The notes under the pieces: model-generated
Told to the model about the DNA's origin: nothing
Databases searched by the model: none
The model's input: the letters and a program-made list of their open reading frames with translations, nothing else
Shown here: positions 1 through 8,528 of the stretch, piece after piece
Layout: each line of letters opens with the position of its first letter
Position numbering within the stretch: the first letter of the stretch is position 1
Position numbers and translations under genes: made by a program
Origin: a virus
Lineage: Duplodnaviria; Heunggongvirae; Uroviricota; Caudoviricetes
Strand: one strand, 5' to 3'
Virus record (IMG/VR): IMGVR_UViG_2713896770_000034
DNA: 23,247 nt

Positions 1-1062
1 TTCTCCCAAACCAAGGTATGTGAGAAGACCAGCTACATCCTTTCCACTCAAATTAGTCAGCGTATTGTCCAGCGGTTGTTTACCTGCCAGTGCATTAAGC
101 ATTGTCGTGGCAAAGTTCGGGTCATTCCCCAGCGCCGCTGCCAGTTCGTTCAGTGTATCCAGTGCCGCAGGTGCAGAACCCACCATTGCCGCAATCGCCG
201 ATTTCACAAAAGCCGTAGTGGCAATCTGTGTATTGTTGACCGACTGCGCCGCCGTGGGGGCTGTTGGCGTTCCGGTGAGTGCCGGACTCGATAGCGGCGC
301 TTTCAGTGCCAGCGCATTGTTAATGGTGGTACTGAATTTCGGATCATTGTTAATGGCTACGGCTATTTCTTTCAGCGTGTCCAGCGTGGCTGGCGCACCA
401 TTAATAAGAGCCGTCAGTGCCGCCTGAACAAATGCGGTGGTCGCAACCTGCGTGGTATTATTCCCCGCCGCTGGCGTTGGCGCTTTGGGGGTTCCGGTAA
501 ACGTTGGACTTTCTTTGGGTGCATACTGTGAATGTGGGTCCGCTGCGGCAAGGTGTTTTGCCATTTGGTCATCCACATACACCTTCAGCTCCAGTGTCTT
601 ATCATCCACATACTTGCGAGTTGCCAGTACTACAGCAGGGTCGATTTTCAGGGTGATATTGTCCGTACTGCTGGTAATCAGCACCATGCGCACGGTCTGG
701 GTGCGCCCGCTGCCTTCAGCCAGTTGCGGCTTATAGCTTTCCGGGCAGTTGCCCACGGCAATCAATGCCCCGGACTCATCAAACAGGCCCACTTCACGTA
801 TCCACCAACCGCCCTCGTTTTCAGGGATCACCTGTTCAGCAATAATCTGGCTGCTGTTCTGCGGGTCGATGTACAGCATATTCAGCGCAGCCCGGCGTTT
901 CTCATTTACTAATGCTGTCTGCTTTGCGTCCGGCGTTGGCAATGTTCCGCCGCCATCGCCTACCGCCATATGGGTAATTTTTAAAGGCACACCGAGCGCG
1001 GCGGCGCTGGCAAGTTTCGCCGCGCCAATATCCGTCAGCAGGGTATAAAATTTTGTGCTCAT
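1..1062 (-). CDS. H: Tail fibre protein H, N-terminal part (partial; gene continues beyond window start)
   Basis: Reverse-complement translation from the ATG at 1062 reads MSTKFYTLLTDIGAAKLA, the conserved P2 gpH-type N-terminus. No minus-strand stop-bounded ORF is listed in 1..1058, consistent with an open frame running off the window. Start overlaps the stop of gene I (ATGA). Plus-strand ORFs 20..1048 are antisense shadows. Confidence 0.8.
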   Translation of the reverse strand, partial: MSTKFYTLLTDIGAAKLASAAALGVPLKITHMAVGDGGGTLPTPDAKQTALVNEKRRAALNMLYIDPQNSSQIIAEQVIPENEGGWWIREVGLFDESGALIAVGNCPESYKPQLAEGSGRTQTVRMVLITSSTDNITLKIDPAVVLATRKYVDDKTLELKVYVDDQMAKHLAAADPHSQYAPKESPTFTGTPKAPTPAAGNNTTQVATTAFVQAALTALINGAPATLDTLKEIAVAINNDPKFSTTINNALALKAPLSSPALTGTPTAPTAAQSVNNTQIATTAFVKSAIAAMVGSAPAALDTLNELAAALGNDPNFATTMLNALAGKQPLDNTLTNLSGKDVAGLLTYLGLGE

Positions 1063-1664
1063 GGATTCACTCTCATTGTGTCAATAACATGGACCGCCCC
1101 GCCTTCATGCGCGGTGCCGCCAGAAATAATTGTTTCGTTGATATACGGATAGATCGTGATTTCTTCGCCAAGATAGCTTGCAGCCCCCACCCAATATGGA
1201 CCGCTGGTCTGCAGGTTGATGGACATGCCGATCATGTGGCGGCTACATGGTTTGGCATCGCTTATCAGTCGCTCAAGTTCCAGATAGGTATCTTCAGTGA
1301 TGCCCTGGTCCTGCACGCCGATATCCAGACGAAACGTGCCCGGTGTTTCTCCGGTATGCCACCACTCAATAATGCGGATCAGAAAGCCGAACGGCTCCAC
1401 CACCCGCCGCACGGCACTGGTGGTCCCTTTATGCTGATGAATATAAAAAGCATCCTTCACCACCTGGCGCTTGACGCTTTCTGTCCAGCTCTCGTCCCAG
1501 CGATCCACAGAGAACGCCCAGGCGAGATAAGGCAGGAAACTGACCGGACAGGTTGCCGGATTCCACAAGTCACGCAGCGGCACCTGCAGATCAGAAATCC
1601 CACTGCAGGTTTGCGCCAGTCGTCGCTCCAGTGAAGTTGAACCCGGTGGCAGCAGACTATTCAT
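1059..1664 (-). CDS. I: Baseplate assembly protein I (P2 gpI-like)
   Basis: 201-aa ORF; GGAGGA Shine-Dalgarno upstream of ATG at 1664; position between J and H as in P2; sequence resembles gpI by recollection. Confidence 0.85.
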   Translation of the reverse strand: MNSLLPPGSTSLERRLAQTCSGISDLQVPLRDLWNPATCPVSFLPYLAWAFSVDRWDESWTESVKRQVVKDAFYIHQHKGTTSAVRRVVEPFGFLIRIIEWWHTGETPGTFRLDIGVQDQGITEDTYLELERLISDAKPCSRHMIGMSINLQTSGPYWVGAASYLGEEITIYPYINETIISGGTAHEGGAVHVIDTMRVNP

Positions 1665-2565
1665 CCGTTCCTCCGTTGGTCACGCTCCACTGCGTACATG
1701 ATGCCGCCTGTGTTTTGTTCAGGACCACATCCGCCAGTGGCGAAGCCAGCTCCACACGCTGCACTCCCTCAACATGCAGGGCGGCAAAGATGGCGCTACG
1801 GCGAATATCCCGACCAAGCCGCGTCTGACTGGCGATGTACTTCTGCAGGCTGGCTTTTGCCGCTGCCATTACCGGCTCTGCTTCCGGCCCCGGATAGAGA
1901 AAAATGGTGGCTTCCACTCGGTACGGGATGATTTCTGCGCTGCGAACCGTCAGACGGTCAGCCACCGGGCGGACGTTCTCACTGTTCAGAGCTTTTTCCA
2001 CCACATCCAGCAGGTCTTTTTCTGCAGTTCCATCGCCTTCGCGGCTAAGGACAGTCAGCACCACCTCTGCAGGTGCCGGGCTGGTTGCACTGGCATCCGC
2101 CACCCGACCGTCGGCGCTTCGGGCATGAAATTCATAAGCTGCAGTTGGCCCCGCAACAGAAAGCCCTTCAAAGGCTGCAGGCACACGCAGGCGTAACGCT
2201 TCATCACTTTCCATCACAGCCGCAACAGGCGGCACAGCATCATTATCAGCAGGCGTCACCGTCAGGCGTGTCACGTTGTAGTTGGCAGCGAGCTGGTCAA
2301 GATCGCCGCCCATCGCGTAAGCCACCATCACCGCCTGCGCGGCTTCGTTAATGCGCTGGCGCAGAAGCAACTCACGGTAAGCGTTCTCCTGCAACAATTT
2401 GGTAACGGGTTCAGATTCCAGTTCCAGCGTACGCATCACTGCTTCCTGCTCATCTTTCGGATGAAGCGCCACAAATTCTGCCTTGCGTTCGGCAAGCAGC
2501 GCCTCAAAGTCCGGCACATCCACAATCTGCGGCGCAGGTAACTGCGAAAGGTCAATCACTGCCAT
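1657..2565 (-). CDS. J: Baseplate protein J (P2 gpJ-like)
   Basis: Track ORF 1657..2604; likely true start is the internal ATG at 2565 (MAVIDLSQLPAP..., 302 aa), matching P2 gpJ length and N-terminus. Start overlaps W 3' end. Confidence 0.85.
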   Translation of the reverse strand: MAVIDLSQLPAPQIVDVPDFEALLAERKAEFVALHPKDEQEAVMRTLELESEPVTKLLQENAYRELLLRQRINEAAQAVMVAYAMGGDLDQLAANYNVTRLTVTPADNDAVPPVAAVMESDEALRLRVPAAFEGLSVAGPTAAYEFHARSADGRVADASATSPAPAEVVLTVLSREGDGTAEKDLLDVVEKALNSENVRPVADRLTVRSAEIIPYRVEATIFLYPGPEAEPVMAAAKASLQKYIASQTRLGRDIRRSAIFAALHVEGVQRVELASPLADVVLNKTQAASCTQWSVTNGGTDE

Positions 2566-2911
2566 TCTCTGCTCCTGTTGATACGGAAAGGGAAACAGGC
2601 ACACCGTTATTACGCCGCCCGGTCAGCCCCACCTCCATTGAACCGTCAAAATTGCTGTTAATGGTGATGGAATCCAGCGTCAGCCGTGGCTCCCAGCAAC
2701 TCAGCGCCACATACACTGCCGACATGACCTGCAGGCGTAATGCCGGATTTTGTGGCTGGTCTATTAGCGACGACAGCAGGGAACCATATTCACGACGGGC
2801 AATGCGGCTACCCTGCGGCGTCAGCAGAATGTCCCGCACCGACTGGCGCAGATGGTCAATATCAGTAATGACTTTGCCGCTGGTATTGTTCATCCCGCTA
2901 TAAAGCGTCAT
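2552..2911 (-). CDS. W: Baseplate wedge protein W (GPW/gp25 family)
   Basis: 119-aa ORF with gpW-like sequence (..GSRIARREYGSLLSSLIDQPQ..); synteny V-W-J. Confidence 0.85.
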   Translation of the reverse strand: MTLYSGMNNTSGKVITDIDHLRQSVRDILLTPQGSRIARREYGSLLSSLIDQPQNPALRLQVMSAVYVALSCWEPRLTLDSITINSNFDGSMEVGLTGRRNNGVPVSLSVSTGAENGSD

Positions 2912-3486
2912 ACCGGGCCTCCGGTTGTATCGCCGCCTTTCAGGACGCCAGTATGCTGATGCGCATCAACCACGATCCCGTTAGAACTCATCGCTCCGCC
3001 GCCCTGGGTAACGCCACCATTGATCACCACTTCGCTGTTAATGCGCGTGCGGTCAGCCTCCAGTACAAACTCACTGGTTTTCATGGTGATGTTGTCAGCG
3101 GCCTCAATGACCATTGATTTGATGCCCCTGACATACCAGCGCCCGGTGGCGGGTTCGTATTCAAACCAGCCACCGTCAGGATGTTCTGTCACGCAGGCGT
3201 CCGCCGACGTCGACGGTGGCGCGAACTGATTCGAATAGATGGCGGGTAACGCAAAGGCGGTTTCCAGATTGCCGCCCAGACTCAGCAGCACCACCTGCTC
3301 ACCTTCCGATGGTCGCCACCATGTGCGGGCATTCCCGGCACGCAGCGTCAGCCAGCTGATCCAGTTGGTTTCAAGCTCGCCCGTTTTCACCCGGCAAAGC
3401 CAGTTTTTCCTGTCCACTTCGGTGACTACCCCAGTGCGGATCAGGTTGGTGATAAGGCGCATGATTTCGGTTAATTGTGCGTTCAT
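2908..3486 (-). CDS. V: Baseplate spike/assembly protein V (gpV-like)
   Basis: 192-aa ORF; Gly-rich C-terminus typical of gpV spike; first gene after the S-V intergenic region as in P2. Confidence 0.85.
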   Translation of the reverse strand: MNAQLTEIMRLITNLIRTGVVTEVDRKNWLCRVKTGELETNWISWLTLRAGNARTWWRPSEGEQVVLLSLGGNLETAFALPAIYSNQFAPPSTSADACVTEHPDGGWFEYEPATGRWYVRGIKSMVIEAADNITMKTSEFVLEADRTRINSEVVINGGVTQGGGAMSSNGIVVDAHQHTGVLKGGDTTGGPV

Positions 3487-3531
3487 AGGGAAAGGTTGCC
3501 ATCAGGGGAAGAAAGGCGGCAGTGCTGCAAC

Positions 3532-3551
3532 TTGTATCAGTGCTGATACAA
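3532..3551. promoter_or_regulatory. Near-perfect 20-bp palindrome TTGTATCAGTGCTGATACAA with a TGT-N12-ACA core; candidate Ogr/Delta-type late activator site for the V operon
   Basis: Seen in sequence in the S-V intergenic gap, centred about 55 bp upstream of the V start codon. P2 late promoters are known to carry TGT-N12-ACA elements. Confidence 0.45.
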
Positions 3552-3554
3552 AGA

Positions 3555-4001
3555 TCACCCCGCCAGCCATTGCAGAATCATGTCGCGGGTCATTGCCTCA
3601 ACATCATCATTTACACCCAGCAGGCGGCGCTCTGCGTAACGGACCTCCGGTCCTTTGCGACTGACGCGATCACGCAGGCCGTAATGGTGAACACGGGCAA
3701 TACGCTGCACCTTGCCTTCAAACTGTACGCTGGCAGAGTCGGCGCTGGCGGCAGTTTTCAGGTATTTTGTGGTGCGCAGCTTTGCAAACATCTGACGTTT
3801 GATGCGGCCTTTTTTGCTACGTGCTGTTACCCTGCGCGGTTCATAACTGCTGCCATCTGGATTGCGCTGCATCCTGATATTCTGCTGCTGTGTCCGGCGC
3901 AGTTCCTGCGCCAGCTGGCGCATCATGCGGCTTCTCGTGGCTGGTTCCAGATTCGCCAGCAAGGCACTCAGCCAGTCGTCCACCTTCTGCAGTTCAGCCA
4001 C
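3555..4001 (-). CDS. S: Tail completion protein S (gpS-like)
   Basis: 148-aa ORF, GTG start by my reading; sequence resembles P2 gpS (..RQLAQELRRTQQQNIRMQRNPDGS..); synteny R-S-V. Confidence 0.8.
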   Translation of the reverse strand: MAELQKVDDWLSALLANLEPATRSRMMRQLAQELRRTQQQNIRMQRNPDGSSYEPRRVTARSKKGRIKRQMFAKLRTTKYLKTAASADSASVQFEGKVQRIARVHHYGLRDRVSRKGPEVRYAERRLLGVNDDVEAMTRDMILQWLAG

Positions 4002-4425
4002 GTTTCACCGTCCACATTTCTTCAGGTTCATCGGGTTCCGCTACCGCTTCAACGTTCGACACACTGCCGTCAGTGCTGACCAGCACACGCTCCGTCAGTT
4101 GCAGGTTAAGGCTGATATCACAGACATCATTGCGCAGAATATCCACCTCAAAGGTGAATAACTTTTCCCGTAACGCCGGGTTATTGATGGCATCGGGCTG
4201 GTTATCCCGCAGCCACAGCAAAACCGGGGCCATCAATAGATTCTGGTCGCCGCTGAAATCCTCAACCACCACGTTCAGGGTGTAACGATACTCCCATGAC
4301 ATGGAGCTGGCCCCTGTAGCAACCAGCGAACCGTTATCCACAAACAGATGCAGTTTGTCCGGGTTATTGCGGACATAAGGCACCGCTTTATTGAGGGCGT
4401 GGCGCAGGGATTGTGGTTTGTTCAC
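3994..4425 (-). CDS. R: Tail completion protein R (gpR-like)
   Basis: Track ORF 3994..4446 begins at TTG; a GTG at 4425 preceded by AGGAG gives VNKPQSLRHAL..., which resembles the P2 gpR N-terminus. Confidence 0.75.
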   Translation of the reverse strand: MNKPQSLRHALNKAVPYVRNNPDKLHLFVDNGSLVATGASSMSWEYRYTLNVVVEDFSGDQNLLMAPVLLWLRDNQPDAINNPALREKLFTFEVDILRNDVCDISLNLQLTERVLVSTDGSVSNVEAVAEPDEPEEMWTVKRG

Positions 4426-4678
4426 TGTTTCGCTCCTGACACGCAATAATCATGTCCACTTTATCTGCACAGACCGCCCAGGCGGCTTCCGTTTCATCCA
4501 GCAATGCGCTCAGATCACCGTTAGTGTGCGGCGCGGCCTGATCCAGCCGACACGGCGTCACTCGCGGACAACCACTGACGGTAAGCTGCACCTCCGGTGA
4601 ATGCCGGACGTTTTCGCAGCCGGATAATGTCAGCAGGCAAAGGAGTATCAGCCCAGCGGCGTAAATCCTCGTTCTCAC
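4388..4678 (-). CDS. Outer-membrane spanin lipoprotein (Rz1/LysC-like), overlapping lysB and R out of frame
   Basis: 96-aa ORF with signal peptide and lipobox LTLSGC, Pro-rich C-terminus; overlaps the 3' end of the i-spanin gene. Start codon uncertain (GTG). Confidence 0.5.
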   Translation of the reverse strand: MRTRIYAAGLILLCLLTLSGCENVRHSPEVQLTVSGCPRVTPCRLDQAAPHTNGDLSALLDETEAAWAVCADKVDMIIACQERNSEQTTIPAPRPQ

Positions 4679-4949
4679 GTTTCAGTTCCTCAATCCGGTG
4701 TTGTCGTTGTCTCAGCAGTGCACTGGTCTGTTCTGCTTCGGCATAGAGCCGCGCCTGCTCCCGGTTGTTAGTTTCAGTCAGAATGGACAGGCTGATAAGC
4801 TGGTTGTTGCTCTTTGCCAGCGCCTGGCTTTTGCTCTGCAGCTCGTCTGCCTGCGTGCTGATGGTCTGGCTGGCATCAGCCAGCCGCCACGTCTGCCAGC
4901 CCAGCGCCGCCAGTAATAACGCCAGCACACCCAGCAGCAACCGGTTCAT
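4521..4949 (-). CDS. lysB: Inner-membrane spanin (Rz/LysB-like)
   Basis: 142-aa ORF with N-terminal transmembrane segment then coiled-coil-like Q/E/R-rich region; start overlaps LysA stop. Confidence 0.7.
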   Translation of the reverse strand: MNRLLLGVLALLLAALGWQTWRLADASQTISTQADELQSKSQALAKSNNQLISLSILTETNNREQARLYAEAEQTSALLRQRQHRIEELKRENEDLRRWADTPLPADIIRLRKRPAFTGGAAYRQWLSASDAVSAGSGRAAH

Positions 4950-5323
4950 GCTGCTACCTGTTGCGCCATCTGATTACGGGTGATCCAGAAGGCAATAACG
5001 GTCAGTAGATAAAAGACCAGGGTAATAGCCCATTCCGTCCAGGCGAGACTTACGACAATCAGCAATCGCATCACCCAGCTGATAAATACGTTTTCTTTTC
5101 GGGTAATTGTCTTAAACAAAGATGCCCTCAACTCCTGCCAGAGCGGGTCATTCTTAATTAACGCAGCCTGTGCTACCGGAATTACCGCCCATGTCAGCAA
5201 ACAGGCTACCCAAACGCCGGACGCTGCCAGTACCGGAAAAATCCCCTGCGGATACACCATTGCGGCGATTAACAGCGCCATCCATAACATCAGAAACAGC
5301 CCGCTGATTAATTTCTTTTTCAT
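4946..5323 (-). CDS. lysA: LysA-like membrane protein (lysis timing)
   Basis: Track ORF 4946..5395; ATG at 5323 (MKKKLISGLF...) has an AGGGAG Shine-Dalgarno and sits just after the endolysin stop; multiple hydrophobic segments; position as P2 lysA. Confidence 0.65.
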   Translation of the reverse strand: MKKKLISGLFLMLWMALLIAAMVYPQGIFPVLAASGVWVACLLTWAVIPVAQAALIKNDPLWQELRASLFKTITRKENVFISWVMRLLIVVSLAWTEWAITLVFYLLTVIAFWITRNQMAQQVAA

Positions 5324-5324
5324 T

Positions 5325-5837
5325 TCAGTTTGCTCCCTGTAAACACCAGGCCATCTCCCGCGCACGGCGGTTATCCAGCCCCTGATTAAACACACCTTTT
5401 ACATAAACCCAGCGCGGCAACTGTCGGCACGCATCCGCCCAGCGCCGCTGATTGAGTAATTTCACCAGCGTGGAACTGCAGGCATTGCCCGTTCCCACGT
5501 TGAAGGCAAACGACACCACCGAGTCATACACCTTTTGTGGCGGCTGTTGCTTCACACATCTTTCCAGCGCCCGCTCCACACGTAGCACGTTGGAGATCAG
5601 CCCTTCCGCTGCCTGTCGTTCCGTAATGGTTTTGCCTGGAATGACGCCAGATGTATTACCAATGCCGTCGGTCCAGACACCCGCGCTGCACTGATACGGC
5701 TGCAGACGACAGCCTTCGTAATCGGCAATCAGTTTCAGCCCCTCCACGGAGGTGTGAAGCTGCTGAAAACCCGGCAGCGTGGCAGCAATAGCCAGCACGG
5801 CCCCGACAAGGCAGCGTTTAACGATTGATGGATTCAT
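5325..5837 (-). CDS. SAR-type endolysin, T4-lysozyme-like muramidase
   Basis: 170-aa ORF; Gly/Ala-rich weakly hydrophobic N-terminus (RCLVGAVLAIAATLPGF) typical of signal-anchor-release endolysins; E-x8-C-x5-T catalytic spacing in YEGCRLQPYQCSAGVWT. Not a P2 gpK homologue. Confidence 0.8.
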   Translation of the reverse strand: MNPSIVKRCLVGAVLAIAATLPGFQQLHTSVEGLKLIADYEGCRLQPYQCSAGVWTDGIGNTSGVIPGKTITERQAAEGLISNVLRVERALERCVKQQPPQKVYDSVVSFAFNVGTGNACSSTLVKLLNQRRWADACRQLPRWVYVKGVFNQGLDNRRAREMAWCLQGAN

Positions 5838-6033
5838 AGTCCTCCCGCGAGATCTGCCCGTCGCGCAGAAGCTGGTAGGCTTTGTGTTTGTAGTACCAGT
5901 TGATAGCCAGCATCAGCACACCAATCATCAGGCCGCCCAGCGTTGAGGCATCCTTGATGGACAAATCGCCCAGCCAGGCCAGCACAACGGCGATGCAGTA
6001 CGTGATAAAGGCGCTGATTCGCTCAAGCGTCAT
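5818..6033 (-). CDS. Small holin (pinholin-like, two predicted TM segments)
   Basis: 71-aa ORF with two hydrophobic helices and charged C-terminus, immediately upstream of the SAR endolysin. Confidence 0.65.
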   Translation of the reverse strand: MTLERISAFITYCIAVVLAWLGDLSIKDASTLGGLMIGVLMLAINWYYKHKAYQLLRDGQISREDYESINR

Positions 6034-6036
6034 AAT

Positions 6037-6240
6037 TCAGTCCCATAGCTGGACGGTCTGCACGGTGGTGGTGGTCGGAATGTCCGGCAGCTCCACCTGC
6101 AGCCCGTGAGGTAAAAAGGGGCCATATTCGGCAAGCCCCGGATTTGCCTTCAGTACCTGCTCCGTGACACCCTGCGTGCGCCCGTAATGACGCCAGCAAA
6201 GCGCGTCCACCGTGTCATACTGATGCGCACGCACTTTCAT
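6037..6240 (-). CDS. X: Tail protein X (gpX-like)
   Basis: 67-aa ORF, same length and position as P2 gpX, between L and the lysis genes. Confidence 0.8.
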   Translation of the reverse strand: MKVRAHQYDTVDALCWRHYGRTQGVTEQVLKANPGLAEYGPFLPHGLQVELPDIPTTTTVQTVQLWD

Positions 6241-6704
6241 CAGATAAGCTCCACTGTGCAGTGCGGCGCATCCTGTACCCGGCTGATGGCCCAGCGGGCG
6301 TCACGCCACAAATCACCGCTGGCTTCTGCCAGTTCCTCGCCTCGCTTCACACCCGATGCCGTGGCGTCATAGTCCTGGTATCGTTCGTTGAGCATGGCGC
6401 GTGCCCAACAATAAACCGCGTTGAAATAGTGCTGAATGCGCTCACTTTTGTCGTCCAGCTGTTCCGCCGGAACCTCTGCCAGCGAGGCATACCCCAGCAT
6501 CTGCTGGCGTCTGCGAAACTCATACAACTCTGCGTTGACCTCCGAAATTGCCGACAGGGCAACCTGCTTTAAACGCGGCTGCGTCACCGTGCCGTCAGTG
6601 CGCATGACACTGCGAAACTCCGACAGGTCCACATCAGGCCAGAACGGCGTATTTCTGATGATTTCCGCCTGTTCCGGTGCCTGTTCTGGCGCAACAAACT
6701 TCAT
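6240..6704 (-). CDS. L: Head completion/stabilisation protein L (gpL-like)
   Basis: Track ORF 6240..6767 begins at GTG; ATG at 6704 with AGGAGA Shine-Dalgarno gives a 154-aa product resembling P2 gpL. Confidence 0.8.
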   Translation of the reverse strand: MKFVAPEQAPEQAEIIRNTPFWPDVDLSEFRSVMRTDGTVTQPRLKQVALSAISEVNAELYEFRRRQQMLGYASLAEVPAEQLDDKSERIQHYFNAVYCWARAMLNERYQDYDATASGVKRGEELAEASGDLWRDARWAISRVQDAPHCTVELI

Positions 6705-6799
6705 GCTGCTTTCTCCTGAAATAGAGGGCGGTGGACGGGGTTTTGATGTGGCAGTGCCTTTCGCCACCCCGTGCCGCCCGTGCGCGGGGGCACGTTCTG

Positions 6800-7450
6800 T
6801 CAGCGGCTGTCATTGCGCAGTCTGCGCTCCAGCTGCTGTTTGTCTTTTTTCACGCCACAGCGGGGATCGAGCTGTAACGCATGGTTGAGATGATTAAGGG
6901 CGGAAGCCGGATTGCTTTCACTCAGGACAGCGCCAATCGCTTTATGCAGACGCGCCCGTGACTGGTCCGGCATATCCAGACCGTCTGTCAGCTCCAGCGT
7001 CTGCAACAACAGATCGGCATCAAAGCCGGTGGCGGCAAGCATTGCGCTCTGCGCGGCGTCTGCCATTTCCTCTGCCAGCACGGTCTGCACGTTGCGGTTA
7101 CCCAGCGGCATCACCCAGCCATGACGCAGGGCATGACGCCCGATCTCCAGCGCCCCGGCATAATCTCCGGCATCAATGCGCCACAGCATCACGTACATCA
7201 GCACGTCATCCTGTTGAGCGCCTCCGGCAGCCAGGACCCCCTCTGCCCAGGCGGCGTACTTCGGTAGCAGCTCCACCTTGATTTCCGCTTTTTTGACCGT
7301 GGACTGAACGCCCTTGAGACGGCGGCGGTCTTCCGCCAGTTGCAACAGCATCAGGTCATAGCCCGATGCGTGGCGAACACTGCCGCCCTCGCGGGCGGCC
7401 TGTTCAGCCTGAACGCGCAGGCGATGCTGCCGTGCGGGACTCAGGCTCAT
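6800..7450 (-). CDS. M: Terminase small (endonuclease) subunit M
   Basis: 216-aa ORF resembling P2 gpM; synteny O-N-M-L. Confidence 0.85.
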   Translation of the reverse strand: MSLSPARQHRLRVQAEQAAREGGSVRHASGYDLMLLQLAEDRRRLKGVQSTVKKAEIKVELLPKYAAWAEGVLAAGGAQQDDVLMYVMLWRIDAGDYAGALEIGRHALRHGWVMPLGNRNVQTVLAEEMADAAQSAMLAATGFDADLLLQTLELTDGLDMPDQSRARLHKAIGAVLSESNPASALNHLNHALQLDPRCGVKKDKQQLERRLRNDSR

Positions 7451-7453
7451 GGA

Positions 7454-8512
7454 TTACGCTCCGGTTTCGGCTGCGGCGGCGCTGAAATCACCAATCTGGA
7501 TGTTTTCCACCAGTGCGGCGCAGCGGTAGTCCTCAACCACATAGGCTTCATTAACGGATTCAAAGTTTTCAATCCGGTCACGTTTCGGGTTGTCGATAAC
7601 TGAACGGCGGCGGGTGTCTTCCTGCCAGTAGATGGACAAGTTATCCAGACGGGTGATCAGCAGCGCATTCGGCGGGAAGAACGGCGCACGCACGGCCTGC
7701 AGACCGCCCATGCGTTTCTGACTGATAATCATATCGGCTGCCAGTTTTTCACTGTTTTCCTGCTCTTTGTTGACCAGCGGGAAATACTTGTCAGACAGCA
7801 GTTCACGACCGCAAATCACCACCAGATCGTCATCGTCCTGGTAGACCACGTCGATAAGCTCATTGACCGCATCCATCACCACAGCGTCCAGGTTGGCATA
7901 TTCGCCACCTTTCCCGACTTTCACCGCACCCGGTGTGGTTTCACCACCCGTGGTGGTGCTGCCCATGACGTGATCCGGTGCATCCTCACGGATTTTCTGC
8001 AGCCAGCCTTTATTCACATCCTGCAGCAGCGGGTTTTCGCTACGGTTGGAGGTTTTCGCACGCTTCACGCCGTTAAAGCCGATCATGATGCGGTCCAGTG
8101 CCTGACGTTTCACGATGGCGTCACGGATACGCACCTGGAAATCCTGAAACTTCGCCCACAGGTCCAGCTTCGCGTAGGTCAGTACCGTGTCAAAGTTGGT
8201 CTGCTCGCATTTGTATTCCACATCGACCATCAGCGTAGGATCGACAGGTTCACGCTCTTTCGCGGTGGTGTCAGTGGTTCCGGCAATGGTGCTACCAACA
8301 CCCAACCCCAGCAGCTGACCGGACTGCTCAGTCACTGGCGTGACGTTAATCAGCGTCAGGAAAGCGGCGGACTGCTGGATCTGGTCTTCCAGCGTCTGCT
8401 GTACAGACGGCTCCACGGTGAACTTGCTGGACAGTTCTTCAACTGCCACACCGTTCAGACGCGCCAGCTGCTGCAGGTAAGCGTTAAAAGCAAAGCGGGT
8501 ATTCTTCTTCAT
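7454..8512 (-). CDS. N: Major capsid protein N
   Basis: 352-aa ORF closely resembling P2 gpN along its length. Confidence 0.9.
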   Translation of the reverse strand: MKKNTRFAFNAYLQQLARLNGVAVEELSSKFTVEPSVQQTLEDQIQQSAAFLTLINVTPVTEQSGQLLGLGVGSTIAGTTDTTAKEREPVDPTLMVDVEYKCEQTNFDTVLTYAKLDLWAKFQDFQVRIRDAIVKRQALDRIMIGFNGVKRAKTSNRSENPLLQDVNKGWLQKIREDAPDHVMGSTTTGGETTPGAVKVGKGGEYANLDAVVMDAVNELIDVVYQDDDDLVVICGRELLSDKYFPLVNKEQENSEKLAADMIISQKRMGGLQAVRAPFFPPNALLITRLDNLSIYWQEDTRRRSVIDNPKRDRIENFESVNEAYVVEDYRCAALVENIQIGDFSAAAAETGA

Positions 8513-8528
8513 CAGGTTTTGTGCTCCA

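Noticed and set aside
20-1048. Plus-strand ORFs (135, 72, 99, 126, 99 aa) rich in Ala/Ser/Val
   Set aside because: They lie antisense to the tail fibre H gene, whose minus-strand frame translates to the conserved gpH N-terminus; high-GC shadow ORFs.
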